The position numbers were made by a program, and so were the translations under genes. DNA of 64,000 nucleotides from Chiloscyllium plagiosum. Taxonomy: Eukaryota. Where the stretch lies: positions 92,977,569 to 93,041,568 of the forward strand of contig NC_057718.1 in assembly GCF_004010195.1 (NCBI RefSeq). The letters are read 5' to 3'. Shown here one piece after another: positions 24,071 to 37,938 of this stretch; position 1 is the first letter of the stretch; each line of letters opens with the position of its first letter. Under the pieces are notes generated by a model. It did not search any database. It was given only the letters and a program-made list of their open reading frames with translations, and was not told the DNA's origin.

Positions 24071-25748
24071 GGTTTGTGAAAATTTATGTTCCCCCACTGC
24101 AGTGTGCCTATAATAACTTTGTTAGCTGGGGTTAAGTCTCCTACTGTTATGCATGCAGCATTTAATATTACCTTGAGCTCCATAGATTATGCTATTCACA
24201 TTGTACAGAAAATTCTGGCCACACGATAAAAAAACACTATAATTATTTTGAAGTATTTGCCAAATATTCAATATTATATGCTTTTCTCTCTACCGAAAAT
24301 ACTTCATTATTTTCCGGTGCTTAGCATAATAAACCATAGCTGTATTTTAGGATTTAAATAATGTCAGCTAGGAAGAAGACGTGAAACTGTTTCTTTTATA
24401 CTTAGTTACAATGTTTGATTAATCTTCAATCAATTTGAACAGGAATGAGCCCACAACCTACTACTGTTGCAATACTCCTCTGGTCGGTTGATGGGATTGA
24501 AGCACAATGCTGAGAGATGGTAGCATTTAATTGCATGTTGCTTTGACTGCATCTGATTTAGAAGTTCTTGGCTATGGTACAGGCTTTGCAAAATGTCAAT
24601 TTCCAAGTCGATAAATCCCTTAATTTAAGCTCAAAATTCGCCAAAATGTATATTTGAAAAATCAAACAATAATAATGGGGAAAACTTCGTGTGAACTAAA
24701 TATGGGCAATAATAAAGCTTCTATCTTTCATAAGATTAATTCAGGTCAATAGAAATGTTGAAGTGTTTTAAAACATGTGGTCTAACATTTCATTCCTAAC
24801 ATTTGCTATTTTAAATACTGCGCTCCTACGCATGCCATATAACACTTAATTGATGAAAAATGATGCCACAATTCATAATTTATAGCATTTTACACATTCT
24901 CTTAATTATTTTTGCAAAATAATTTACTTATTTTAGTTTTGCCTTTAAGTTACATTGACGATTGCTTTCTCTTTCAGCCTGTGGACCATAGTTACACTGT
25001 CTTATATTTCTGATTAGGGAAGCAGGCATTCTATCATATCAGCACATTGGTGAGAGTGAGAGGACAGAATATTATTCACGTTGAACAGTCCGATCATATA
25101 TGGTCCTTGTGTCTGTCAATATAATATATTTGCATAGACCCCATAAATATTTCAATCATCTCACTGACATTTTTATTACTTCTCCATTAACCATCACGGC
25201 ATTCGCCTCTGTCATACAACATGAAAATGTATTAAAAATCAAAAGCATTGGGTTAACCTATTTGAATGTTTCCTGGGACAGCAGAAATACACAAAACATA
25301 CGTATTAATTGAATGTAAATGAAAACTTTGGAATTCAACAATTAAACTCGATTGTTCTCCTACACTGGAAAATGTAGCAAATATTATTTCTCGTTGTGAA
25401 AGTTATCATTCAGTTCACCATTTTCAATTATTGTCACTTATTGATTTATATTGTTTAGAACATGGGAATGTGAGGATTATGCACTGAGAATTGTTACACA
25501 TATGAGGTTTAAGATCTGAAGAAGTCTTATTACTTGTTAAATGTTAACTGTTTCACTCTCCACAGATACTGCTAGACCTGGTGAGTTCCTCCAACACTTT
25601 CTGTTATTATTGCAGGGTTTATAAGATTGTTGTGTTTCAGTCCTCTCCCCTTAATTTGGGGTACGAAGGACGGATGAATGGGGTCATGTGACCTGTTAAG
25701 AATTCTGGTCCATAACAAGTTTGTGTGGCTTCATTGCTCAAGAGCCGT

Positions 25749-26062
25749 GGGCGGCACGGTGGCACAGTGGTTAGCACTGCTGCCTCACAGCGCCAGAGAC
25801 CCGGGTTCAATTCCCGCCTCAGGCGACTGACTGTGTGGAGTTTGCACGTTCTCCCCGTGTCTGCGTGGGTTTCCTCCGGGTGCTCCGGTTTCCTCCCACA
25901 GTCCAAAGATGTGCAGGGTCAGGTGAATTGGCCATACTAAATTGCCCGTAGTGTTAGATAAGAGGTAAATGTAGGGGTATGGGTGGGTTTCGCTTCGGCG
26001 GGTCGGTGTGGACTTGTTGGCCCGAAGGGCCAGTTTCCACACTGTAATCTAAGCTAATCTAA
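25749..26062 (+). mobile_element. HE1-type tRNA-derived V-SINE, young full-length copy
   Basis: A-box TGGCACAGTGG, B-box GGTTCAATTCC, V-domain tgtgtggagtttgcacgttctccccgtgtctgcgtgggtttcc, LINE-like tail ending in taatc repeats; CpGs intact. Confidence 0.92.
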
Positions 26063-29000
26063 TTATAGCGGAAGGCCAGGTTTTCTGACTGTGAAGAAAG
26101 TACAAGATATTCACATTTGTAAGCACTGACCAGATGGGTCGTGCTGATGTGGATAGACAGCTGTTTTTCAGTTCCGAGGAGGCACTAGAATTGTTAGATT
26201 TTGTAAATGGTTGCAATTTACCCAAAAAGAGTTGAGGTGTGCATGTGAAAACTACCTAACATTAATACCTGGATATAAGGCGCATGCGATTGGAATTGGT
26301 TCCCCAAATACACCAAAGTTCACAGACAAGGTCAATTTGTACGAATCAGAGACAGAGCAAGAGAAAGACAGAGGCAATATGTTTCTGTCATCCACCAGAC
26401 AAAATGTGCGAAGGAGCTTTAACTGGGCTTCAAGAGATCCCACTCACAGACGTTTAAACGAAGCTGGCAAATTCAAATACCTTGAGGTAGAGCGAGGGAT
26501 CCCCAGACCATACAGGAAAATCAGTTTAGGAATAAAAGCTACTAAGCTCGATCAAGAAAAAAAGTAAGAATTAGTTTGGATCAGTTCCCGAGGAATGAAG
26601 CGGTACTTAATGGAAGACGTAGAAAGCAATTTGTATGTTAATTAGGGAATCTTTTCGACTGTTTAGCATACAACTTGCCTGCTGAAATAATGCCCTGTCG
26701 ATGTTGCATTTAGTGTTGCGTGATTTTTAACTTTGTGCATTTAGTTTGCGTATTGTAGGTAAAGGTCTTGATATTTTACATCAAGTTAGGAGATCCTTTC
26801 AGCTACTCAGCGAAAGTTTCAATTTCCTTTAAGCAGTTATCAGTCTCTCTGGGGATTGTAACAGAATCCAAAGTGTGCTTTGTACAAATGCAGTCTCTGA
26901 AAATTGGAACATCTGAACGGGAATGTTCTGCTCAACGCAATGCTAAAATACTACAACAATATTTTTTCTTTTGATAATATTTTCCGTGAAGCAGTCAAAC
27001 ATTTACGTGCTATTTCACAACTTAGTATCTCTCCTAATACTTTACATCTTTAAATTGAGTAATGATTCAGTACAACAGTGCAGTATTGTCTGTTTAGGCA
27101 CTAAGCCATTATGGCACAGCAGGATGCTATGAATGTTACTTTTCGTACTGTTTAACCATATACTGCCCCAGAAGAACATCCCGCCACGATATTAAAACAT
27201 TTCAATATTGGGCCAGTCACTTTGTGTCCCCTGCCTGTGGCAAAGTTAAATCATTTCCTCCTGATCTTCAGGCTTTCCGATTGCCAGATTTTATTGCCTT
27301 CTTATCTACCCACATTGTCGATGGATAAATGTTTGCATGCATGTGATATTACAATGAAAGAAAGGAACAAGTCAAGTCATATGTCACGTTCATTTGCTTG
27401 CAAATGCATAGAATACATTTCCAAGAAAATGCAATTGAAATTTGCTATTTTTTTATAGCTTTGGAAACATAATCAAAATAGAGTGGTCAAGTTACAAAAC
27501 AAAATCAAAATTTAGAGTATCCCTGTTATAAGGCAGTTAATGCAATTTATATTTTGAGAAGTAAACACTCCATAGTTTCATTAGTTAGAATCATATTTGT
27601 TATTGGTTGATCAAACATTTTTGGCTATCTCTGATACACAAGCACGTCAAACGAAATCCATTTAAAGTGGCTAGTGTGGAGTTATATACTGAACACATTG
27701 ACACTGCTTCTCAGTCAGGGATTCTGCATCAGAGAATTTCAAATGTAACACCGAACCATCTCTGCTCATCAGCCTGAAATTGACAGAGACCTTTTTTTAA
27801 AAAAAGATCGTTAATCGCACTTTAAGGTAGTTGATCTTGAAACATTTCAAACTTGGCTATCAGATAGGAATACCGTCAAGGTAAGTCAGTGGAAAGCGTC
27901 ACATTCCTTCCATTTACAGGGCGTTTTTTTTTGTCTCTGTGTAGGTGGATGCAGGAACAGAAATGTAGTTCAGGAGTGAAGAGGTAATCTGACTTGGAAA
28001 GGCCAGGAGGCGAAAAATGACAGAAATCCCCCATTGGACTTTGCGTGGGTGTCGGACACTGGCAGTGCGGTGCAAAGTCCGATTTCATCAGATCATCAGA
28101 ATAAAGCAAACAGTTCAGCCCATACTTCCTCCAATATTTAAACTGACCTAGTTGTGGAGAAAAGTTCTGCACCAAGCTCCCACAGCCTGGAGTGTCAGTT
28201 GCAAAATTCTCTTTTTCCAAAAGGTTTGTTGCCCTGCGCAGTTGCTTGTCTGAGACCATTACGGCCATGTTACAGTGCCCTTCATAAGACAGAGCTCGCA
28301 AGGTGTATTATGAGTTTGACAGTCATGCACATCTGAAACCACTTTGCATCAACACAAAAGCCAGAAATGTAATGGCAGAGTAAGTGGATCATTCCCGCGC
28401 TGTTGCCACCCATCAATACTTTGACACCAAAGCAGACAGATGGGTCGAAGGAAATTTGCCTCCTCCAGTCAAGGGGGAAAAAAAAATCAGCATCCAGTTG
28501 GAACGTTGGAAAAGTATTGCACCTTAGCTTGCAACTCAAATTCCCAAAAAGAAAATTAACCTTTAATTCCAGGAAAGTAATTCACAATAAAATGCTCCAT
28601 GACAATTTTGTATCTTAATAGCTCTTATTATGCACTTGCGAATTACGCATTTGTGACATGTTTTCTTGCTGGCTTTTTTTTTTGTAATTTGAGGGACTAC
28701 ACAAGAAGGCTGTACTTTATACAGGAGGATTTATAAACTGACCAATGCAGCACCTCTGGTTCAGAGTGGCTAAAGTGAAGAAAACAAAAATTAAAATCAG
28801 AACCTGCATATTTGATCGACATAATGTTTGAACAGAAATAAGAAACATTCCCACATTAAATAATTGCATATTTGCTATATTTTTGTTGTATTTATTACAT
28901 GCTGAATCTAGAGTCAGTAATCAGCTTCTTAAAACTGAGCTTTTCTAAATAAGATGTTCCCTTATGGTAATGCAATAAGTAATGGTTCTAAAATAATTTT

Positions 29001-29344
29001 CCGCCAGAATTTTATTGCTAAAATAATTAATAATCCAAGCGTTTCAAACATGTAAAAGTTGTCTTGTCTATTCCTCTCTCAGCTTTAAAAACTCAATTTC
29101 CAATGAAACAAAAAGACTTGCATTTATGTAGCACTTTTCATGACCAGTATTCAAAATATTTTATTGCCAATGAAATTCCTTTGAAATGTAATCATTATTA
29201 TTGTCGAAAATCTAGCAGCCAATTTGTACTCAATAAGCTTTGTCAAATGACAATGTGATGGCAACGAGACGATATTTGAAACCTTTCCCCCTCAGTCAGA
29301 AGAAACGAACATTTCTGTTTGCAAGTTCAAAGGCCAATCGCATA

Positions 29345-29645
29345 CAGTTATAGAGTCATAGAGATGTACAGCATGGAAACAGACCCTTCGGTCCAACCCG
29401 TCCATGCCGACCAGATATCCCAACCCAATCTAGTCCCACCTGCCAGCACCCGGCCCATATCCCTCCAAACTCTTCCTATTCATATACCCATCCAAATGCC
29501 TCTTAAATGTTGCAATTGTACCAGCCTCCACCACTTCCTCTGGCAGCTCATTCCGTATCCGTACCACCCTCTGTGTGAAAAAGTTGCCCCTTAGGTGTCT
29601 TTTATATCTTTCCCCTCTCACCTTAAGCTATGCCCTCTAGTTCTC
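29345..29645 (-). mobile_element. HER1/CR1 LINE 3' end
   Basis: Minus ORF RGNFFTQRVVRIRNELPEEVVEAGTIATFKRHLDGYM; (ctatgact)-type tail. Confidence 0.9.
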
Positions 29646-29809
29646 AAGAATGGAGTGCCTCTGACAGATTTTGACACGACATTTTCTATGAGCTACCGTG
29701 TTGGTAAGTTCCCGCTTTTGTAAGACTCAGCTTAGATCCAATAAACAAAATCTCTCTATGACCATCGCTCGCAATGCAAATGCTGCAAACGCTGAGCAGC
29801 ACTGCGGCT

Positions 29810-30110
29810 GTGCACTGGTCTCATGTGGTGTGGATAAAGAGATATTATCCACCTCAATAAGTTGTTTTTGCGATGTTGACTGAGGGGCAAGTACTGCCTA
29901 TGATGCTGGTGGTAACCCCCCTGCTCTTGTTTGAAATAGTGCCTGGGGGATCTTTCCCTTCCACTCCAGAAGGCGAATGTAGCTTTGGCTGAACATCTCA
30001 TCTGAAAGGCATCACCTCTGACAGTGCAATATTCCATCTGTAATACATTGGAGCATCAGTTTTGATTTGTGTATTCAAGACTTGGAGAGGGACATGAATC
30101 AGGAATCTCA
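29810..30110 (-). mobile_element. DeuSINE-like relic
   Basis: Reverse complement gcactgtcagaggtgatgcctttcagatgagatgttcagcc...gatcccccaggcactatttcaaacaagagcagggg resembles the Deu domain. Similar relics lie at 32640-33010 (+) and 62200-63012 (-). Confidence 0.6.
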
Positions 30111-30242
30111 TGATGCAAATGCCAAACGAGCCACAAATGAACTGAAAGAAGACTCTTCATTTGTTGACAGATAATAAGACCCACATGTTTTTTTATTTTG
30201 GCCTGATGATGGTATCCTTTTAAAATGAACAAGTAAGTTTTG

Positions 30243-30374
30243 TAGGAGAAAGTGAGGACTGCAGATGCTGGAGATCAGAGTCTAGAGTGTGGTGCTGGAA
30301 AGACACAGCAGGTCAGGCAGCATCTGAGAAGCAGGAGAATCGACGTTTCGGGCATTAGCCCTTCATCAGGAATC
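30243..30374 (-). mobile_element. Family A short Penelope-like element with intact hammerhead core
   Basis: Minus strand reads CTGATGA A GGGC TAAT GCCC GAAAC GTC (about 30337-30374). Confidence 0.8.
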
Positions 30375-31346
30375 GGTTTTATGTATTAATATTAGTATTT
30401 AATATTTAGTATTTAATATTACCTCCAAAAATGATCCACTTTACAAATGGTTGTTCTGCAGATATTGTCGTTAGTGTCTAATTCTCTTCTCAAAATAAAA
30501 TGTAACATTTTTCTACCATGAACGCATTGTGAGAAATCTTATAATTCAACAGTCTTTAGCATATGACTTCTGACAGAGGGTGCCATCCACACGACTGAAT
30601 ATATGACATTGAGCTATCCATAATATATTCAAAGCTTATCAACACTCTTCAACATAAATTCTTTTAACAACATCCATAAAGAAACTTGCCTGCATTGAGG
30701 TACCACAATGTAATTACACACTTCTATTCGTGGTGGTGCTGTGGCACCTCAATTTTGAATTTCTGGGTTCCTCAAACTGCACTGCATAGAAAACCATACT
30801 CTGCCACTAATTTAATTCCTCTGTTTAACAAACTGGCATAAGTTTGTAAAAGTATCACACAGCATTAAAGACAGAATGTACATGTTTAAAATAGGGAAAG
30901 GTTTCTCCCTGGATAATCTGAACAAACTATTCCGTACCTTCTATATTTCTCCCTCAACGTACATTTGTTCTTCACTGTTAGAAAAGTTTTGAGATCTGCA
31001 TTTCACTCAACCAAAGTATCTTTCATCTGGAAGTCTGACCAAGTCGAATTTCCCAGCAACCAATCAAGCTTTGTCTTCTGCTGGCTATGCATATTTTAAA
31101 GAAAATTTCCTCCAGCGCTATGCACACTTTTGCTGAGCAGCATTTCCTCCAAACCACAGAAGACCATTGGAGATTAACCAATATGAACCAGAAGCCGGAA
31201 AAATTGGGAATAGACAGTAGGTTAAATACTATCTGTCGCAATGAGATAATATGATGTTTCGGCGATGCAGCGGATATGAACATCTCTGGAACCATTCTGT
31301 TTCTATTTAAAAAAAAACCCAAAAAATCTGTGGATGTTGTGCATCC

Positions 31347-31445
31347 GAGTTCTGAGGAAGGGTCATCCGATCTGAAACGTTAGCTCTGATTTCTCTCCAC
31401 AGATGCTACAAGACCTCCTGAGTTTTTCCAGCAATTTCTGTTTCT
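31347..31445 (+). mobile_element. Family C short Penelope-like element with hammerhead motif at 31347-31386
   Basis: GAGTT CTGAGGA A GGGTC ATCC GATCT GAAAC GTT AGCTC, then ctctccacagatgct...ccagcaatttctg. Confidence 0.7.
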
Positions 31446-33065
31446 GGTTCTATTTTAATTGCTTGTTTTTCTGTTCAATCAATGTGCTTTTTGAGAAGCT
31501 GATATGCGTCATAAATAGTGAAAATAAATTGATACACGTTCTTGCATTTGTAAAAACATAATGTCGGAGGTTAGTTTAGACTTCTCACATTCCTGTCTGC
31601 AACCAAACTGCTCAGCTGAGTGAAGCAACGGGAGGGATTTGATAACTGTGATGACAGTCTTGTCCAGTGATTGGAGAAACGATCCGAGAAAGGGTTGGAA
31701 GTGAGCACAGAGGGGTGGTTTTCAGTTGACACCCCTCTTCCCGATGCTGGGTGCTTCGATTTGGCATAGAGGCGCAATGATGGCCCATTCCCCACCGAGA
31801 GACTGCTGGCAGTTCGCTAAGTGGCCTCTATAGGGGGCAAATTCCCCGCCTGTCACTGGATTAATACTAAAATGGTAGATTGAGGCCCTGAAGTGGTACT
31901 TCATGACCTCAACTGGCATCCAGGCATCCGCCACCATGCCCACCTTGAGCTTTGTTTAGGGGGTAGTTAGGAAGTTGGTATGATCTCCACACTAAAACCG
32001 CTTGCTTGCCCAAAAGACCTCGTTTGCCCTGGGAATGGGTGGGGCATTCAATCCTGTGTGTGCCATGTCCCAAACGGTGCTCAAAATTGGGCTGGGAAAA
32101 TACAGTTATAATTTTGAAAGTAGACACTGCTTACCCTGTGCCATGTGATCATGAGATCATCAAATGTGTGCCACATAATTAGCTCCATATTTCCGCCCTG
32201 CAGTACCTCCTTTCGAAATCAAAGAACTGCCATTCCGCTTGCAGATTTCTTTTGAATATTTTCGCTTTAATGTAAATGGTGATGGCATCTCTTGGGAACT
32301 GGGCTTGGCAGAGTCACTGCTCTGAGCCAGCACTATGTACTTACATGGCTGGAGTACAATTGTTACAAAGCATTGAGTTAATTATTTTCTTGTATTAAAG
32401 CTCTCATCACGCTGCTGTCGTCAGTAAATAGTGGTGCCAGCAGCAGCCGTCATTTAAAGGGAAGTGGTTAAAAAAAATCACTTAAACAAACAGATGTGTA
32501 ACAATTGATCAAATCTCACTGCAGATGTCTGATGGAGGGGAAGAAACCTTCTGCTTTCAGATAATGAAGCACAATTGATTTCTCCTGGTTGCATTGCTCC
32601 AAGCATTTGTATATTCATGGGATTGCAGGGCAGCCTAGCTTGGCAGTGCTGCTGGCTTCTGAATCAGGAGGCTGTGAGTTCAAGTGCCACTCCAAGATTT
32701 AAACAGAATATCAACATTGGTACAGCATTGAAAGTGCACCATTGGCAGAGGCCCTGGATTTTAGATGAAGTGTTAAACTGAGGCCCCTCTCAAGTGGAAA
32801 TGAAAGTTCCTTGCATTTTTGAAAGAGCAGCAGAATTATCCTGAACTGATTGTTACCATTCAATCAACATGATAAAAAATAATTTATTATGCTGCTTCTC
32901 ATTGCTATTTGTTGGAATTTGCTGCACACAAATGATTGTTTTTTCCCCTAAGTTAAAGCAGTGATATCATTCTGAAGTACCTTATTGCCTTTGGAATGTC
33001 TGGTGGTCATGTATATAATTGCAATGCTTCCTTTAACATAATGATCAGGATTCCTATATTAATAA

Positions 33066-33702
33066 TGTGATGATGCTGTGGCTTTAAGAGGTATGTTTTG
33101 TCCTGAGTTCTTTTAGAAAGAGATTGGGAGACAGGTGCTGATCAGACAATGAGAAGATAAACAACTTTTGAATCTTCAGGCATTTTTTAAAAAGTTGGAA
33201 CAACAGAAGCAGCCTGACTGTGTGTGGTCAACCTCCCACCCACAAAACCAGGGATCTTAGGTTTAGCTTTCAGCAGTCACTGCTGGGGTCTTGAAGAAGT
33301 GGAAGACATCTTTCCCTCTCTTGATTACAGCCAATAGCTGGGGGTTCCCTTCCCGGGCTGTTGGATTCCATGCAAGACAAATCTGTGTTCTGGATTAGGC
33401 TTTTGCCAATGGTGTGTTTATGGGCTGTTACTGCATTGGAACAGTCAATTCATAATAGTTACTGCATCTCTTATTCTGTTAAAGTATTCCAATAGATTGA
33501 AGTTATTCCAAATTCTTCTTTCTTTTGCTGCATTTTAACTACAGAGTTCGAATAAATTGTGTTTCCCTTAACGTCGAGTAGTTTGACCAATCAAATTGCA
33601 ACTGAAACACAGCACTTGACATTTACCTTTCAAATAAGAAAAAGTTAGGGAAGAGGTTACCTTCTTCATATATTTTGAGGAAATCTGGTCTGATCTATAG
33701 CA
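33066..33702 (+). mobile_element. Probable solo LTR
   Basis: TG...CA termini, internal AATAAA, 4-bp flanks ataa/gtaa; both ends resemble the element at 49865-50512. Confidence 0.6.
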
Positions 33703-35637
33703 GTAATGAATGTGAAGGATGTTTGGAATTTTAATTTCAATAGAATTTGGTATTGGCTAAAGTACATGGATGTTCAGCATACCTGTATTCCAAACATATG
33801 TTGTTATGTTTCTGATTGCAATATTATCCAGGAAAAATAAGTACAAGGCAGAAAATTGAAGATGTAGGTCTGGTATGCAATTCTTGCCAATATGCTAAAC
33901 ATGAATCTAGACCTATCATGGGTGCAAATCAAAGTTGCATGGTAGCATATATGCTAAGCTAAAATATAACAGATCTGAGAAACAATTCTATTTGATGACT
34001 TCAACATATAGCTGTTATGTATCAAGCTGAAAAATATACCAGAAGACATAAAATGATTGACATTAAACATCTATTATCTTTATAAGCAGGCAGGATATGA
34101 AACAGAAGTTGGTTAAAAAGGCACTTCAGAAATGTAAGAGCCGGAGGAGTTCAAACAGTTGCAAAACTGCAGATTTACCCGAATGCATTTTTTAGGATCA
34201 AACCATGACAAAAGATGCATCACAAATACATAATTTTGGCAGGAAACATTGCGTGTCTAACATGCATTTAAGAATCACTGTAAATTAGAGAACACCAATG
34301 TTTTGAAATAAATAAACTTCATCAGTTTCCATGAAATTTGAATGCACGTACTAAGTACAATTCTTTCTTCCCTTGAACAAAGAGATGCAGTTGAGAATTT
34401 TCTCATATATATTATATTATTCACTTTGTATCAACTTATTAAGTGCTTTGTACTTTATTACAGTAGTGAAACTTCAAATGTGGCCCATCCTGAGACAAAC
34501 TTTAATTCACACTGGCTGTTCAGTTGCCTTTATAAATTATTTTATAGGTTTAACTTTTAAGTCCCATGTTCCCAATAATTGTATTCTGGTGGTTTTCACA
34601 TTGGGGTAAATTTTTTAGTTCTGGCAATTGGACTGTGGGTCTGGGTGCACTGTAAACATTAGAGTTGCACATCTTGCCAACATATATTATCCATGGCCAT
34701 AGGGTGGATATCCAAATTGCAACTTGCAACTGAAATATTTACCAGATTTTAAAATGCTTCACATAGTCACTGGAAGGGCTTAACTGCATTAACTGATAAA
34801 CTGAAGGATGACACTTGGATATCTCCGTTTATGTGCTCAAAACTTACAAGATCCTTTATAATGTCTTTTAAATTCAGATCTGCTGTAGATATTTTCTCAA
34901 TTTCAGTGGCATTTGTGTTTTCTGAAAGAAATTTCTCTGGTTCACCTTTATTTGCATTGTCCTCCATCCACTTATCTGGTAACAGGGTCTGGGAGGTTTA
35001 TCTTTATTCTATCAAGGAACGTGGGTGCCATTGGCAATACCAGCATTTGTTGCCCTCCAATAATTGCTCTACAACTGAATGGTTAACTGTATTGCTCTGC
35101 GTCTGGACTCACCTGAAAGCCAGACTAGATAAGGATAGCCAGTTTCCTTCTCCACACGTCATATGGTGAGTCTGATAGATGTTTGCAAGAAATGATGACA
35201 ATTGTCATGGTCAATGTTATTAAGATTACCTTTCATTTCATTAATGGAATTTAAATTTGACCAGTTTCTGTGGTGGAATTTATACACACATCCCCAGAGT
35301 TTTAACTCAGCTTTCAGATTGCTGGTCCAACAACATTACCAATACACCACTATCAACTCAACTTAACTTCACTCTCTGATACAGGTGTAATTCTTGAATC
35401 CTTTGCATAGGGAATAGGTGAACATGAGTAGTGCCAAAGTTTGGTTCCATTTGTAAACTAAATTATTAGACAAAAAGTTGAAATTCACAGAGTGACAGCT
35501 AGGAATTGTGCCATTTAATTGGAATCTAGGTTTGTGCAATGATGTAAACTGAAGAACATGCATTGATATTCCATTGTAGTACGTTATTTTACTTCAATAT
35601 TGTAACCTCTCTCCAATCTGTTTTAAAGTTTCAGAAT

Positions 35638-35955
35638 GTGGCACGGTGGCTCAGTAGTTAGCACAGCTGCCTCACAGCATCCTGGGTTTCATTCCCGCCT
35701 GTCTGTGTGGAGTTTGCACATTCTCCCCATGTCTGCATGGGTTTCCTTCGGGTGCTCCGGTTTCCTCCCACAATCCAAAGATGTGCAGGTCAGTGAATTG
35801 GCCATGCTAAATTGCCCACAGTGTTAGGTGCATTAGTCAGGGGTAAATATAGGGTAGGGGAATGGGTCTGGGTGGGTTTCTCTTCGGAGGGGCGGTGTGG
35901 ACTTGTTGGGCTGAAGGGCCTGTTTCCACACTGTAGAGAATCTAATCTAATCTAA
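35638..35955 (+). mobile_element. HE1-type SINE
   Basis: Same head, V-domain and (tctaa)n tail as 25749-26062. Confidence 0.9.
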
Positions 35956-36199
35956 ACTGTACTATTCTCCCTTCACAGCACTGTTCTACCTGACTACCTG
36001 CATGAATGCCTCATCTCCAAAAGCATGACTGTATTTATTGGTGTTTCTGTTCTCTTTTACTTTTGACTGTAGACAACAGGGAAGCACTCAAACAGTCCAG
36101 ATACACTGGCCTGATATTCGTGGGAGGCCACCTGTAAGACCAATGTGCCAGGTAAAGCTGAGGATCTGAATGAACAAATGTCTTTTTTTAGTGTGATGC

Positions 36200-36430
36200 A
36201 TAAAACCACGAGGAAAGAAATAAAAACCGAAGAAGGCCATTTGGCCCTTCGAGCCTGCTCTGTCAATCAATAGAATCATTTCTGATCCGACACTCCTCAT
36301 ATCCACTTTTCTGCCTTTTTCCATCACTCTTAAATCCCCTAATGATCAATAATCTTTCTTTCTCAACCTGAAGTATATACAAATACTCTGGCCCTTCAGC
36401 TCCCTGTGGCAAAGTGTTCCAAAGACTCAC
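36200..36430 (-). mobile_element. CR1 LINE 3' tail fragment
   Basis: ggccatttggcccttcgagcctgctc...gtgttccaaagactcac is similar to 6135-6400. Confidence 0.7.
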
Positions 36431-37249
36431 TCGTCAACACTCCCTCAGGGTCCAGCTTTCTTGTGACCACATGCACCAATTCCTGCAGGTATGCACCCAC
36501 TGTCCTGGGAGCTGCCATGATGCTTACATTCTGCTGGGTTCCTCAAATGTTTGGCATGTCCCATCATCCCCAGGGCTGCCTTGTGGATGACAAGGAATTT
36601 TGTCAGAATGCATGGTTAATGAGCTTAATGTGAGACTCTAAGGTTGAAGCCAAATAACATGATAATGTGGCCCACTATCATGGTACAGACAACTGAGGTT
36701 CTGGAGATGTGCATCCATTGCCTGCACGAACCAGGAGCAACACTGAGCTATCCGTGGACAGAGTCTTATGAGGAGTGCCTATTTGCTGTACCGTCTTACA
36801 ATCTAGTTCCATGATGGGATGACTTCTTAGCAGAGGAGATGGACATGTATCCTTGGATGAAAAGTCAGGGCAGTGAGATGGAAATGAAGACGGAGCTAAT
36901 GCTGCTCCTGGGGAAGTTAGGGCAGTAATAAATCAAGGTGGACAAGCCTGCAAGAACTGAACAATTGTTGACTTTGAGAACTAATGACTTTGCATGGGTA
37001 ATTGCGGGAACTCAGAAGTAATAGCCAGTTTGATGCAAAAGCCTTGCAGCTCCTAAGGGAGTGTTTCTTTTATAATTGTGAAACCTTACATTGCTTGGTT
37101 TGTCATATATTGTAATTTCTTTATTTCCTTTGCACTATTAAGCTCTTGTTCAGTTTGATGGCCAGGCTATCAGCATGGAGCTCTATGGGTTTAATTGGGG
37201 GCCATGTTTGTAACACACAGATCTTTGTGTGCAAGGGACATTGTCTATT

Positions 37250-37640
37250 TGTTTTGATTTATTGCTGTCACATGTACCTAGGTACAATACAAATAGCTCA
37301 TACCAAACAAAGATGATGGGGTGACTGAACAGAGGGAGGAATACAAAGTTACGGCTATAGAGAAGCTGCACAAAAAGCAAAATTAACATGAGATTTGAAA
37401 TTTGAGAAGTCCATTCACAAATGTAATAGCAGTGGGGAAGATGTTCTTGAATCTGTTGGTATGTGTATTTAAGCTTTTGTATGTTTTGCCTGATGGCAGA
37501 GGTCAGAAGAGATTATAAGCGGGGTGGGAGGGGTTTGCGATGAAGTTGACTGCCTTTCTGAGACAGTGAGCAGTATAGATGGAGTCAATTGTTGGAAGGT
37601 TGGCTTGCGTGATAGACTGAGCTGTGTTCACAACTCTCCA
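37250..37640 (-). mobile_element. Rex1/Babar-like LINE 3' fragment
   Basis: Reverse complement resembles 48390-48780 (gtgaacacagctcagtctatcacgcaagccaaccttcca...gtgacagcaataaa). Confidence 0.6.
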
Positions 37641-37847
37641 TCACAGAGTTATAGAGGGGCTACTCCATGCTGATTGACAGATGCAACACGACCATGTGGC
37701 TTATATTCTCTATAGATGGAGTCAATTGTTGGAAGGTTGGCTTGCGTGATAGACTGAGCTGTGTTCACAACTCTCCATCGCAGAGTTATAGAGCGGCTAC
37801 TCCATGCTGATTGACAGATGCAACACAACCATGTGGCTTATATTCTC
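37574..37847. repeat. Tandem duplication, 2 x 137 bp
   Basis: 37574-37710 and 37711-37847 differ at 3 positions. Confidence 0.95.
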
Positions 37848-37938
37848 ACTTCCCAGAAAGTTTGGTCCGCCCAGATGAGACCTGTGCAGGAAAGCATCTT
37901 TGCTACACTATACCGGAAGCGCAGGTGCCCATCCTGAT

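Noticed and set aside
25749..25830. tRNA gene
   Set aside because: A/B boxes run directly into the SINE V-domain and LINE-like tail; this is a SINE head.
34767..34990. Minus-strand 66-aa charged ORF with possible splice sites
   Set aside because: No recognisable family, weak acceptor, and no partner exons found; only tBLASTn or RNA-seq evidence would support it.
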